A DNA stretch of 63,987 nt, counting the filler, from Octopus bimaculoides (lineage: Eukaryota): NCBI RefSeq assembly GCF_001194135.2. It is 5 parts of 5 records of this genome, joined end to end, with 100 filler letters (N's around TTAATTAATTAA, not from the genome) between each part and the next. Parts side by side here need not be neighbours in the genome. Positions count along the whole stretch, not along the records: positions 1 to 23,037 come from NC_068998.1; 4 more parts are not named here. One strand, written 5' to 3'. The stretch's first letter is position 1. Each line of letters opens with the position of its first letter. This document shows, piece by piece, positions 1-13,456 of the stretch. A program made the translations under genes and the position numbers. The notes under the pieces were generated by a model that was not told where the DNA came from, made no database searches, and saw nothing but the letters and a program-made list of their open reading frames with translations.

Positions 1-8
1 ATATATCT

Positions 9-102
<94 letters not shown>

Positions 103-518
103 AACGTGTATGTGTATGGCTCTGTATCTATGTATGTATGAGTTATATGTTCATATTACACAAATTTACGTGAGCAGACATATATATATATATTTATATA
201 TGTGTGTGTATATGTGTGTGCATGTGTGTCTCTCTATGTGTATGATTATATATGTGCGTGTGTGCGTGTGTGCGTGTGCGTGTGCATAGCTGCATAGTTT
301 ACTTATTATACGCACATGAATATTAGAAAAAATCATTTCATCTGGTTAAATTTATTTCTGTTCATAATCTCCATTCTCTGAATTAAGATATCATTTGAGG
401 ATATTTGAGTTCATTTCAAATTAGGGTTACATTGTGATTTGTTTTAGTGATACGCAGCAAGGTGAGCGAACACACATAACTGCATGCATCTCTCACTCTC
501 TCTCCCCCCCTCTCTCTT

Positions 519-550
<32 letters not shown>

Positions 551-644
551 AATAAATATATATACATAGATAAATAGACAGATAGATAGATAGATTGATA
601 GATAGATAGAAAAATAAATGTCTTTGCGCATCAGTCAATACCTG

Positions 645-743
<99 letters not shown>

Positions 744-1156
744 GCACACACGAACACACATATACATATACATATATACATTTATATGTCCACACACATA
801 CACCATAACATTTTTTGTGAGTAGACGTGGTCTGTATTGTGTATATAGTTACGTAAGTGAATAAACTATCTCACGTGAATCAAAGTGATTTTAAAACCAA
901 TAAGATTAATGTAACAATACATACGTTGATAATTTATATCATTATTAATGTTTGTAATATTAACTACTTATCGACCTTTTATTCTCTGATGTCATACTCG
1001 CTTCGCTGAAGTTTTTTTGTCATGGGCGCCATTTTAACTTCCTGACGGAAATCTAAGCATGGATAAACATCTCAATTGACTTTATCAACAATAGCATTTC
1101 TGCCTGCTATCATACGTTGCTGTTGTTGTTGTTGTTATTGATGTTGTTGTTTTTAA

Positions 1157-1330
1157 GGCGGCGAGTTGGTGTTTCTCCCGTAGCTGTGTTTTGAGTTCAA
1201 GATCCGCCATAGTCGACTTTGTCCTTCATCCTTTCGGAGTCGATAAATCGTGTACCGGTTGAGTACTGGGGTCGATGTAATCAAGTTAACCCTTGCCCCC
1301 AAATTTCAGGCCTTGTGCCTACAGTACAAT
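1157..1330 (+). mobile_element. tRNA-derived SINE, family A (head GGCGGCGAGCTGGCAGAATCGTTAGC; central TTCATCCTTTCGGGGTCGATAAA motif), degraded
   Basis: B-box GAGTTCAA, central ttcatcctttcggagtcgataaa, gtactggggtcgatgtaatc, then an (ATT)n tail; similar to about 20 other copies in the window. Confidence 0.85.
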
Positions 1331-1338
1331 GATTATTA

Positions 1339-1395
<57 letters not shown>

Positions 1396-1595
1396 GTTTC
1401 AAATTTTGGCATCAGGCCAGCTTCGCGGCATAGCTTCCGTCTTCATATTCTGAGTTCAAATTCCGCCGAGGTCGGCTTTGCTTTTCATCCTCTCAGGGTC
1501 GATAAAACCTATACCAGCTGAACACTGGGGTCTATATAATAGACTTACTCCTTCCGTTGATGTTGCTGACCTTGTGTCAGAATTTAAGACCAATA
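1396..1595 (+). mobile_element. SINE family A copy, 5'-rearranged
   Basis: ctgagttcaaattccgccgaggtcggctttgcttttcatcctctcagggtcgataaa. Confidence 0.8.
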
Positions 1596-3220
1596 TGGCT
1601 GCGTGTTTTTTCCACCATTAAATACGCCACATTTCACGGCTGAAGACCTTGTTTTCTGTACCGAAATATCTTGATTTTAGTATAGTAAAAAGAAGCAGGT
1701 ACCATAACAAATAAACCTTGGGACAGGCTAAGCACGGAACCACTATATTGTCATTTGGTCTACTAAAAAAATAAATCAAATCTCTCTCAGAATCGTACTC
1801 TATCGTTTATATTTCCAAGGAAGGCCATATTGGATAGAATGTGTGTCTAAAAGGACAGGCTGTTCATGGTTATAATGTACTTTATTAGGAACCTTCTCGA
1901 TTAAGGTTTTATTTAGGGAGACGCAACATCAATAACACCACCAACAGCAACAATATATATTTTGCTACTCACCGGCACTCACGTGAATTCTAAGGCTGTA
2001 GCATAGCCCCACCCCTCAATTGGCATGCCCCACACAACAGCCAAAACAATGCCACCATCACTAATGCCGCTGCCGCCACAACAGAAACAACAACAACAAC
2101 GAAAACGATGAAAATTACGAGGCCGACAACATTACCATCATCACTAACACCACCAGCCCCTTCACTATCCCCACCGCCCTATCAAATGTGACGTATGTTA
2201 TGTATTTACTTTTTTTTTATTGCATGAAGCAATCATCGATCAATTCTCGCTTCTGACGAGAGTTGATTTTTTTTTTTTTTCTTATTCTTGCAATCGAACC
2301 CAAAGTTTGGTTTCCTTTCTTCCTTCCCTTTTATTGATCTAATTATTAACATCATCGTCATCGTTGTCATCACCATCATCATCATTATCATCATCACCAT
2401 CATCACCGTCATCGTTTCTGACGTCGTATCTGTCGTTTGTTTTATTCAAAATTTCTCGATACATCTTTCTTTTCTTTTTCGTCCCTTTTCTTCTTCTTTT
2501 GTTTACTTATATTTTATATTTCCTTTTTCAGTTCTTATTTTTTCTTTTCGTGTGCGAATAGGTTTGAAAATTTTATTTCACTTGCAGCAAACAAGATTAG
2601 CTTTTCAAGTGATTCTTTGCCGAAGAAATTTCAAAGAATAAGATTTTTTTTCCCCTTGATTTTTGCTTGGGTTAAGCGTGCCAGTAAATAAACAAACGAA
2701 CAAAATGACAAACGAACGACTGCATAGACATATTAGAAGATATAAATAAATAATGAAACATATAACTACTCGCTTTCTAACTACCTAACGAAACGAACGC
2801 ATAAAACAAGGGAAGAAGAAAATGAAAGATGTTATACGGAAATACAAAACAATGCTTCGAGTATAAGAAATTTAATTTTAGCATTTGAAAATACAATGTA
2901 ATTGAAGTCCGAAGTAATTTAAGGATTGTTGCAAAGATAACAGCGACACAACATCAATAACAAAATGTGAAGAAGATAAAATGGAAAAGGAAAGAAATAT
3001 ATATAAAAGACGAGCAAGTAAAGAAATAAAGACTTGGAATAGCAACTACGAAAATAAAAGTATTGAAATAAATGAATAAATAACTGAAAAATAAAATAAA
3101 AAAAGGAAACAAACATATAAGAAAACAAAAGAAAGGAAACAGATTTGTAAGAAAAGAAAAAGAGTGCAAACGCAAGAGAACAACAACAACAACAACAACA
3201 ATAATAATAATAATAATAAT

Positions 3221-3764
3221 GCAGAACCAGGCAGTGGCTCTCATGGCTTCTGGTCTTAACTGATTGGGAGTGTTATCATGTACATTTTTTTGTCTTTGTG
3301 TAAAAGATGGGCTAGAGCAAATACTTTGCTCAATGCCACAGATATTCTTGTCAGTTGTTTGACCGTAACCAGTTGAGGATGTCCCTTAGTGGGCTAACGA
3401 TTTGTGCATCTCTGATCATGAGCAGAAGTAGTAGGGGAGCGTCATAGCCATGTGTTGAGAGGAATTCATTGGGGTTTGAATAATTCACCTCTGGAAACAT
3501 GGGTGCTTTGTTCAACATCCTTAACACACCTTATACAGGGACCTTTTGAGCGGGATGGGTTACTCGACCTGAAGAAACTTCTAACTGAGCCTCACCAGGG
3601 TCATACGCTGTTTATCTTGATATGAGATCACTATGTCGAGCACATGGGGTTGTGATGCATGTGCCTGGTGTACCCTTATCAGACGGTTAGTCATGATGGG
3701 TAATATTGGGCTTCGTATATTTTACCCTAGTGTCACTTTGATGGCATGCACTGCTCTCTCACTC
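3221..3764 (+). mobile_element. ~540-bp interspersed repeat embedded in (AAT)n on both sides
   Basis: Flanked 5' and 3' by AAT tracts; a second partial copy lies in the opposite orientation at 6332-6532. Confidence 0.75.
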
Positions 3765-4754
3765 AATAATAATAATCATAATAATAATAATAATAATAAT
3801 ACCGTTAAGAAGAACAATTGTCGTAAAAATGTAAAAGGAACAATTGGTGTGCAAGTTGTAATAAATGACATTTGCTGTGAAAAGCAAAGGAAAAAGTGTA
3901 AAACTTATGAAAGAAAAGAATTTGAGTTTGGTGGAATCTTGACGAACAAGAAGAATAGAATGCAATGAATATACATATGTATATATGCGTGTATATACAT
4001 ACATCTACATTTACATATATACATGCATGCACACAAATACACACACACATATATATATTGGTAAACGCACACACATGTTTAAGGCGAGCATTTTTTGTCG
4101 ACTGCAAAAGAAGGGAGATAAAAAGTGCAAAGAATTTACCTTGTATCAACATTCCTTTCTTGCAATTGAGATTGTTGTTGTTATTGTTGTTATTCTGATA
4201 CTGACAAAAATAAACAAAACAAACAAACTAATAAGATAAACAAGAGAGATTGATAAAGGTATAAATTAAATAAATTGAAATGATAAAAGAAAAAAATGAC
4301 AGTAAAAAAACAATGGAATTACAGTGAATATATATATATATATTCACATAGATACACACACACATATATTCACATATACATATGCTTGTAAAATGAATGT
4401 ATATATATATATATATATATATATATNNNNNNNNNNNNNNNNNNNNNNNNNNNNNNNNNNNNNNNNNNNNNNNNNNNNNNNNNNNNNNNNNNNNNNNNNN
4501 NNNNNNNNNNNNNNNNNNNNNNNNNNNNNNNNNNNNNNNNNNNNNNNNNNNNNNNNNNNNNNNNNNNNNNNNNNNNNNNNNNNNNNNNNNNNNNNNNNNN
4601 NNNNNNNNNNNNNNNNNNNNNNNNNNNNNNNNNNNNNNNNNNNNNNNNNNNNNNNNNNNNNNNNNNNNNNNNNNNNNNNNNNNNNNNNNNNNNNNNNNNN
4701 NNNNNNNNNNNNNNNNNNNNNNNNNNNNNNNNNNNNNNNNNNNNNNNNNNNNNN

Positions 4755-4801
<47 letters not shown>

Positions 4802-5084
4802 TATGTATCTCTATGTATAGATGTATGTGTATATAATCATACATGTGTATATAGATGTATATATGTACATACATACATACATACATACATACATACAGTA
4901 CGTATTAAGTTGTGTGATGAGAGAATCCGATTGTCAGGATCGAATGCAATCGACTGCAACGTTTGGATAATTAAACAATTAGGTCAATAATGAATTTAGA
5001 CTCGAAAAATAACTTCACTTCTCCCACTGTTCCTCTTTCCCCTTTCTTGCTATCTCTTTCTCTCACTTTCTCTCTATTCCTCAC

Positions 5085-5144
<60 letters not shown>

Positions 5145-5369
5145 TCGTTTTAATTCTTTCTCTTGCTCCTCCCTCTCTTTACTCAAAGTCACACACATAT
5201 GTCGTACGCTACGTTCACCATCATTCCTTGCTATCTGAATGTTTATTATTATTCCCTCGCTTGCATCCACACACACACACACACACACTCGACGAGCTTC
5301 CTCACATTTTCCTTCTACCGAACAAATGTTTCTGGCTTATTTATCCGAATGTAATTTTGCTAATATATC

Positions 5370-5700
5370 ATCGTCTGGTCCAGCTTCCTCAAACATTTTT
5401 AGCCCTCACACGTTATCCATCTCGATCCTGCATTCAATGGTAGTGGTCATCAGGGGAGCATTCGGTGTTCTTGATGAGTTGATCTACATACACTGTGTTT
5501 GAACGATCAGCTCGCATACGGCCATGCTCTGGCATCCACAACAGCAGATCCCTTCTTTAGCAATGTCCCACAAAAGGCAAAAGTGCTGATGAAAACTCCC
5601 ATCGGGTTCCCAGCTTGTGGAGAGGAGAATGGTCGGCAGATATACAGGGTAGCTGCGAATACCCAACGGACAAAGTCACAAGTTTGCCTTTAGTAAGGCA
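5370..5700 (-). pseudogene. RTE-like LINE ORF C-terminal fragment, decayed
   Basis: Minus-strand translation DLLLWMPEHGRMRADRSNTVYVDQLIKNTECSPDD...MQDRDG*RVRAKNV resembles the RTE C-terminal pattern LLW.P.HG.R..GRP..TY.DQL..DT...M.DR..WR. Confidence 0.75.
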
Positions 5701-5929
5701 CAGCACCGGTTAGGCACCTTGTCAGGGTCATGGACATTTCGTGAATCCCTGCAGAGAGCAGAAATGCCACTATCATTGGAAAGGAGAATGATAGGAGGGA
5801 ATAAAATGCAAAACACAAAATTTTCTCTTTAGGTTTCTTCCCACTTCGCACAACTTTTATGAATCCTGTCCCTTTCTCTTTATTCTCTCATTTTCTCCTT
5901 CTTCTCGACAAAATACCTTGTGGTGTTTA

Positions 5930-6315
5930 TTTCAGCTTTTTACATACCGATTTCAAAGATTAAATTTGTCTTTCATCCTTTCGGGGTCGATGAAATAAGG
6001 GCCATCCCAGTACTGTATTCGATATAATCGTCTAACCCCATATCCCTAAGTTCCTGGTTTTGTACCGAGAGTAGAAAGAATTATTATTTTAGTTTTTAAA
6101 ACGGCGACCTGGTAAAATCGTTAGCATCCGGGTGAAATGGTTCGCAGCGTTTCGTCCTTCCTTACGTTCTGAGTTCAAATTCCACCGAAGTCGATCTGCC
6201 TTTCATCCTTTCCGGATCGATAAATTAAGTACCAGTGAAACACTGGGATCGATGTAATCGACTAGTCCCCTCCCACCAAATGTGACACTTTGTGCTTCCA
6301 GTAGAAAGGGTTATT
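5930..6315 (+). mobile_element. Two tandem SINE family A copies (one 5'-truncated, one nearly full)
   Basis: Two occurrences of the tttcatcctt(t)cgg(g/a)tcgat central motif; head acggcgacctggtaaaatcgttagc near 6100. Confidence 0.85.
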
Positions 6316-6331
6316 ATTATTTTTGTTATTA

Positions 6332-6531
6332 GAGATGCACAAATCGTCAACCACCAAGGGACATCCTCAACTGGTTACGGTCAAACAACTAACAAGCAAA
6401 TCTGTGGTATTGAGCAGAATATTTGCTGTAGCCCATTTTTTACACCAAGACAAAACAACGTACATGATAACACTTCCAATCAGTTAAAATCAGACACCAT
6501 GAGAACCACTGCCCCTGGTACTGCATCAGGG

Positions 6532-6532
<1 letters not shown>
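6332..6532 (-). mobile_element. 5' part of the (AAT)n-embedded ~540-bp repeat
   Basis: The reverse complement matches 3221-3410; it starts immediately after an AAT tract. Confidence 0.8.
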
Positions 6533-6563
<31 letters not shown>

Positions 6564-6590
6564 TTATTATCATCATCATCATTGCCATTA

Positions 6591-6641
<51 letters not shown>

Positions 6642-6674
6642 GTGGTGGTATTAGCAGTAGTAGTAGTAGTAGTG

Positions 6675-6723
<49 letters not shown>

Positions 6724-7399
6724 CAGTGGTGGTGGTCGTAGTAGAAGTAGGAGGAATGAGAGGAAGAAGAAAAGTTACATAATTTTTGTCATAAATATCC
6801 TTGCTGTGTTTCACTTTTCCTTTGAATTGGAGTAATAATGTCGACACTCTCCTAACCTCAGAAACGATAACCTCACACGCATCTCATCGAAGGCAACAGT
6901 AAAAAACAGCACCTACCCCTGTAAACCCCCATCATCCCACCCTACGAGGAAAAAAAACAAAAACAGAAAATCATATTTGTTATTATTGTTGGTGGATGGT
7001 GCTAATGTTAGCGATTATTTGTCTCCGGTTTTTCAAAATTTGGGGCTGGGGAAGAATTGCAATGCGGAACGCGTACGTGTTCAGATTTTGTTAAAAAAAA
7101 AAAATCGCAATAATTTAATAAATAAATCAATGATTTATCAAAAAGCCTGGCCCTTCCTAAGCGCGAAAAAAAAATCATTCAAATTAAACCCATGGCCTTA
7201 ATACTGATTTTTTTAACAAAGTAAGTCACCACCAGCCCTGGATTCATAGTATAACGGCTTTATGATTTCACAAACAATTGCAAATATGATTATGATGTGG
7301 CGGCGAAGGTGCTAGACATAAATAAATAAATGATAGGTGCTTCCTCTCTCATGGAAGAAGTGTAAACGAACCAACATTAATAGCGTGATTTTGATAACA

Positions 7400-8900
7400 A
7401 TATTGTTGTCAAGATGTGGTGAAAGAAACGGTGTATGTGATGATAGTAATGGCGGTGGCGGTGGTTGTGGTTGCGGTGGTGGTTGTGGTGGTGGTAGTGT
7501 AGGAGGTAGAAAACTAAGGTGTTGTTTATGATGGCGGTTGTTTGGTTGTGGTGTCATTATGTCGGTTGTTGTGTGATGAGGGGGAAGGCGATATGATGGC
7601 TGCGTGTTAGCACTAGAGTGGTAGTACTTCGTGACGGCGATGGTGGTAGTCGCGGCAGCTGTATTGTGTGGTGACGGTTGAGTTGATGTGGTGGTAGTGG
7701 CGTATGTGGTAGCACTGATCGCGAGGAAATAGTTGTATTGGCAGTAGTTGTGTCGTTGCAAGTGTTGACAATAATTGTGAGGTGGTTATGGTGGTGGTGG
7801 TGGTTATGAGGCCATGAATATCACGTGATTGTAACAGCTGTATGATGGTTGTAGTTCTACGGTGGTTGTGATGTGGTGTTGGTTGTAGTGGTACTAGTAG
7901 TCGTAGTGTGGTTGTCTTGTAATTCTGGTAGCTGTGCGTTGCTAGTTGTAGTATGGTTGTGGTGACACTTGTGTGGCTGCAGCGATTGTGTGATGCCAGC
8001 GGTTGTGATGCTTGTGTAGTGTTGATTGTTGGACGATTATAGTGATTGTGTGATAGTCGTTGAGTGGTAGTTCGTTGTGGTGGTGACAAAAGCGGTGGTG
8101 GTGGTAGTTGTGCGATGGTTGTGGCTGTGGTTGCAGTGGTGGTGGTGGCAATTATATAATTGTAGTGGTTCTGGTGGTAGTTTGATAGTTGTGTGTTGTT
8201 GGTGGTAATTATGAAATGACGGTGGTTGTGTGGAGGCAATAGTTTCGTTGTGGTGGTCATATGGAATGGTCATGTCGAGGTGGTGGTGGTGATATTACAA
8301 CTATGATTGAGTGGCATTGGTAGTTGTGGTCATAGAGAAGTCATTTAGTGGGAATTGTGCCCAAGTGACAGAATGGTACAGGTGGTAGTAGACAGTGGTC
8401 GAATGATAGTGGTGGTGTCGTTAGTCAGAGTGACGAGGATGATGCTAAGGATGTAGTGGTGCCCATGTCTCTTCTGTTTCATATGTACTTATCGCTAGTG
8501 GTGGTGCATGATGACCATGGTGATGGTGGCAGTGATGGTGGTGGAGTTGGTGCTGTTTTGGTAGTAGTAGTAGTAGTAGTGATGGTGGTGTTGGTTATGG
8601 TGATGATGGTGGTGGTTGTAGCAGTGGTAGTGGTCGTGGAGTTGGTAGTTTTGATAGTAGTGTTAGTGGTGGTAGTGATGGTAATGGTGGTGGCGGTGCT
8701 AGTGGAATGGTAGAAGTGGTAAGGGTGCTGGTTATGGTGGTTATGATGGTAGTAGTAGTAGTGGTGGAACTGGTGCTGTTTTGGCCGTGGTGGTAGTGAT
8801 GACGTGTCGGTGGTAGTTGTTGTTGTTGTTCGTGGTGATGATGATGGTGATGGTGCTGCTGGTGGAGGTTGTGATAGTGTTGGTTGTAGGACATGTAGTT
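7400..8900. repeat. Degenerate (GGT/GTA/GTG)n trinucleotide low-complexity tract
   Basis: About 1.5 kb of imperfect GGT/GTA/GAT triplets; gives poly-Val and poly-Thr spurious ORFs. Confidence 0.9.
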
Positions 8901-9203
8901 GTTTGCGGTGTAGTGTTGTTGATGATAATAAACAAAGGAGTAAGTGTGAATATATTACAACAAACGACAGAAATATGAAGAAAAAAAATAGAACCAAAAA
9001 AATGGGAAAAAAGTCAAAAATAAAGGCAAATTGTACAGGAATAAAAGAGCAGACGATATCAAGATGGGCGCGGGAAGACAAAAGAGAACATGGAAGGAGG
9101 GAGGAGGAGGAGGAAGGGAAAGGAAGAAGAGCGTTTGTGACAACGTGAGTGGGAGGAGGTGTTAATAGTGTTATAGTAATATTTCAATGGAGAAAGGAGA
9201 GAG

Positions 9204-9243
<40 letters not shown>

Positions 9244-9450
9244 ACGGAGGAGGAATGAGGAAGTAGGAGAAGTGGTCGGGGGTATAGGTGTCAGTATTGA
9301 TACTCAAATGGTTAATGAGAAAGACGATAGATATTGGTGATATATGATTGATGATAAAGATTTACTAGAATGAAAGGCGATGAGGACGACGATAAAGATG
9401 ACATAACAGCAACGCGATTATCACAGTTGTAACAATAACTGCTGCTGCTG

Positions 9451-9511
<61 letters not shown>

Positions 9512-9650
9512 AGAGCAACTACGATAATGATATTAAAAATTTAATAATTCCTTTTATTATCAGAAGGCTGNNNNNNNNNNCAGGTTGAAGGGATTCACGA
9601 AGATGCGAACAGACCAGAGTTGTTTTTGTTCTTTTTTTGTATAATTTGGA

Positions 9651-9703
<53 letters not shown>

Positions 9704-10089
9704 GAGAGAGAAATGATTTTGATTTCTCTTATCGATAAAGGGTCAGATATGTGTTGCCGATCGTTTAATCGATCGCAGTATTTCAATTGTGTTTTATTTC
9801 ATCGACTCCGACTGAAAAAAAAAGGTGAGGTTGATCTCGGTGGGGATTGAACTAGATACAGTCTACTGATTTTTGTTCGTCTTCCATTCATGGGTCCAAA
9901 TAATAAATAAATAAATAAATAAGTAAGTAAATAACAGAAGCAAAAGAAAGCCACGACCACCACCAACTATTGTTGTCTCATATATTGGCACAAGGTCTGA
10001 AATTGGGTGAGTCTTAATTGATAGCATTGAATCCAGAGCATGACTGGTAATTATCGACCCAAGAGGGATAAGATAAAGAAACAAGTGGG

Positions 10090-10347
10090 ACTGACACCCT
10101 TTAGGTAATGTGCATGCATATGGTTGCATATCTAGACATGCTCATATATATTTAAATGATAAACTTCTGGAAAGTTTTACAGATTTTTACTGTTCCAGTG
10201 ATGGATTGGATCTGTAGACTTCGAATTAGCTTTCTCCTTTCTGGTTTTGAGAAGCCTAATTTCTCAAAATTGCTATTTAGGCAGTGTGTTACATATCCCA
10301 GGGCCCCAATGATTACAGGTATAACCCTGAACTTGTAATATTGAGAG
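10090..10347 (-). pseudogene. R4/Dong-like (RLE) LINE 3' end, 5'-truncated
   Basis: Translation YKFRVIPVIIGALGYVTHCLNSNFEKLGFSKPERRKLIRSLQIQSITGTVKICKTFQKFII* resembles the R4/Dong post-endonuclease C-terminus (IP.VIGALG...LQ....GT..I...F). Confidence 0.85.
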
Positions 10348-11053
10348 AGTATGTATGTATGTATGTATGTATGTATGTATGTATGTATGTATGTATGTAT
10401 GGAGGGATGGATGGGTGTGTAAATGTGCATGTATGTATATCTGTTTATCGCCTGTAATATAATCTCAAGTTTCGTATGGGAAATTATAATGGAACAAAAA
10501 ATACAAGAATTTATTTTACTTAAAACATACTCGACATATGTGTAAAGCAAAGATGAAATAATAATAATAATAATAATAAAGACAAAAGAAAAGAAAAAGA
10601 AGAAGGAAGAAGAGTAGTAGTAGGATGAGGAAGAGGAGGAGGAGAAGGAGGAAAATGAAGAGAAGCGTTACAAATTTAGAACACAATTCATAGTCTTTGA
10701 ACATAGCAAGAAATGAGCGAAAATAATCTTATAAAAGTGTGGCAAATATGGAAGATGTGCCGAAAGAAACGTGGCGTTTCTGGAATGATCTACTTAGAGA
10801 GAAGGAAGAAGAAAAAAAGGCGGGAATCTCGACTGAATTACTAATGGCCGCTGTGGGAAAATATTTGATATTATTTCAAATTAATTAAGTTTGACCCATC
10901 TTAATTTCTTTCCATCTCAGTTTGTCACAGTAATTATTTTAAATATTCATGAATATTATTATTATTATATTTAGAAAGAAAAAAATTTAATATTAATAAT
11001 AACACACTGATAATAATAATGGGATATGATAAGAAGAATGCGAAGAACAACAA

Positions 11054-11098
<45 letters not shown>

Positions 11099-11211
11099 CA
11101 TTATTATGTATTTATTTATTTATTTATTTATAAGATAAATTCTTATTATTAGTATTGTCATGATACTGTTTGTTATTATTTTTATCGGCATTGCTGTTGT
11201 TGTTGCTGTGC

Positions 11212-11264
<53 letters not shown>

Positions 11265-11727
11265 GACCATGATCATCGTCATCACCACCATCTCACTATC
11301 ATTCTTAGTCCTATTATCTTCCTCAACACGAATGTCATTATAGTTAGTAATAATAATAATAATAGAAAGGAACCACAATGACATACTACTGCTACTACTA
11401 CTGTAAACTTCTACGATACAAAAGCAGTACTAGAAAGGTAACGTGATAAAATAAGTAACGTATTGAGAGATTTTCCGGTCAGTCTGTCTCCGTCTGTTTG
11501 TTTCTGCTTGTCCCTCTGTCATTCTTCCGATGTATGTTTGTATGTATGTATGGATAGATGGATGTATATATGTATGTATGTATTATGTTTGTGTGCGTGT
11601 ATGTGTGTATGAATCAATCAATCTATTTATCTATCCATCCATCTATCTACAATATCTATCTTTTCCTACCTTTCTTTCAATTTCTCCCTCCTTCCCTTCA
11701 TTTTTCCTTCACAGCTCTCTCTCCAAT

Positions 11728-11764
<37 letters not shown>

Positions 11765-11765
<1 letters not shown>

Positions 11766-12118
11766 GTTGGCCCGAGGCGATAGTAGAAGGCACTTGCCCG
11801 AGACACTACACAGAGCGACAGAACCCACTGTTTGGCGCCTTGGGCAAGTGTCCTGGAGAGTTCCTTGAGAGTGAATTTGGTAGACGGAAACAGAAGGAAG
11901 CCTATCGTATATATGTATATGTATATGATTGTGTGCCTGTGTTGTCCCGCCACTATCGTCTGACAACCAATCTTGGTGTCTTTACTTCCCCATAGCCTAG
12001 CGGTTCCGCAAAACAGACTGATATAATAAGTACTAGGCTTACAAAGAATATGTCCTGGCGTCGATATGCTCGACTAGAGGCAGTGCTCCAGCATGGTCGC
12101 AGCCAAGACAAGCAAAAG
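11765..12118 (+). mobile_element. CORE-type SINE (family B), rearranged: inverted CORE piece, CORE, internal (TA/TG)n, conserved tail
   Basis: CORE-like ccttgggcaagtgtc; atttggtagacggaaacagaaggaagcc; tail ending ggcagtgctccagcatggtcgcag. Confidence 0.8.
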
Positions 12119-12411
12119 AATATATAAATACATACATAAATATATATATATATACATATATATGTATATACGTATGCCTATGTATGTATACATGTATGTA
12201 TGCATGCATGTATATGTATGTACATATCTACAAATGTATATTATACGTGTGCATGTGCGTGTGTGCGTGTGTGTGTGTGTGCGCGTGTGCGCGTATGTGT
12301 GTAAGTGAGTGTGTGGTGTGTGTGCGTGTTTTCACCCTTCTGCAGCCCATTGTCTCACTCACTCTCCTAGTCTTTCTCTCTCTCTCCCTTTCCTCATCCA
12401 CTTGTTTCCTT

Positions 12412-12487
<76 letters not shown>

Positions 12488-12828
12488 TTCAATCGCAAGT
12501 CAAATTGTAATTCACGTCTTGAATAGTTGGTAATGAATAAAAAGAAAAAGAAAACCTTGAGTAAGAACAACAACAAAAACACCAAAAAACAACAGAAAAC
12601 AATGACAGAAAATAAAGCAAATAAATAAAAGAAATTTAAAAAGAGTTAAAAGAAGACTAGAACTAAGGCTGCACATAGACAATTCCAAGAACAGGTTTTG
12701 TAATTGTAGGAAGAATTATTTGATTAGGCAAAACTCTGCAGCAGTAGCAGCAGCAACAAAGACACCTAACTATGAAAATACATCAACGTCGAGAAGATCT
12801 TTAAACTTGGATACACGCCCAACTTGAG

Positions 12829-12888
<60 letters not shown>

Positions 12889-13088
12889 CACACACAGAGG
12901 CAAACACACACACATGCATACATATACACCAAACTAGAAAATGTACACAAATTACTGTTTTACTAACAGACAGATGTTTGAGCATGACTACATACATACG
13001 CGTAAGCATACATACACATACACACACACATACATACACACACATATATACATGCGTATATGTGTGTGTATATATGTTTATATACATG

Positions 13089-13456
13089 TGTGGAGGCGCA
13101 ATGGCCCAGTGGTTAGGGCAGTGGACTCGCGGTCGTAGGATTGCAGTTTCGATTCCCCAGACTGGGCATTGTGAGTGTTTATTGAGCGAAAACACCTAAA
13201 GCCCCACGAGGCTCCGGCAGGGGATGGTGGTGAACCCTGCTGTACTCTTCCACCACAACTTTCTCTTACTTCCTGTTTCTGTTGTACCTGTATTTCAAAG
13301 GGTCAGCCTTGTCACACTCTGTATCACGCTGAATCTCCCCGAGAACCACGTTTATGGCACACGTGTCTGTGGAGTGCTCAGCCACTTGCACGTTAATTTC
13401 ACGAGCAGGCTGTTCCGTTGATCGGATCAAATGGAAGCCTCTTCGTCATAACGACG
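13089..13456 (+). mobile_element. Full-length tRNA-derived SINE, family C
   Basis: A-box TGGCCCAGTGG and B-box GTTTCGATTCCC in a tRNA-like head, about 290-bp body; a head-only copy occurs at 49039-49095. Confidence 0.9.

Noticed and set aside
10757-10890. Short plus-strand ORF MEDVPKETWRFWNDLL...
   Set aside because: About 46 aa, no splice context, no recognisable motif.
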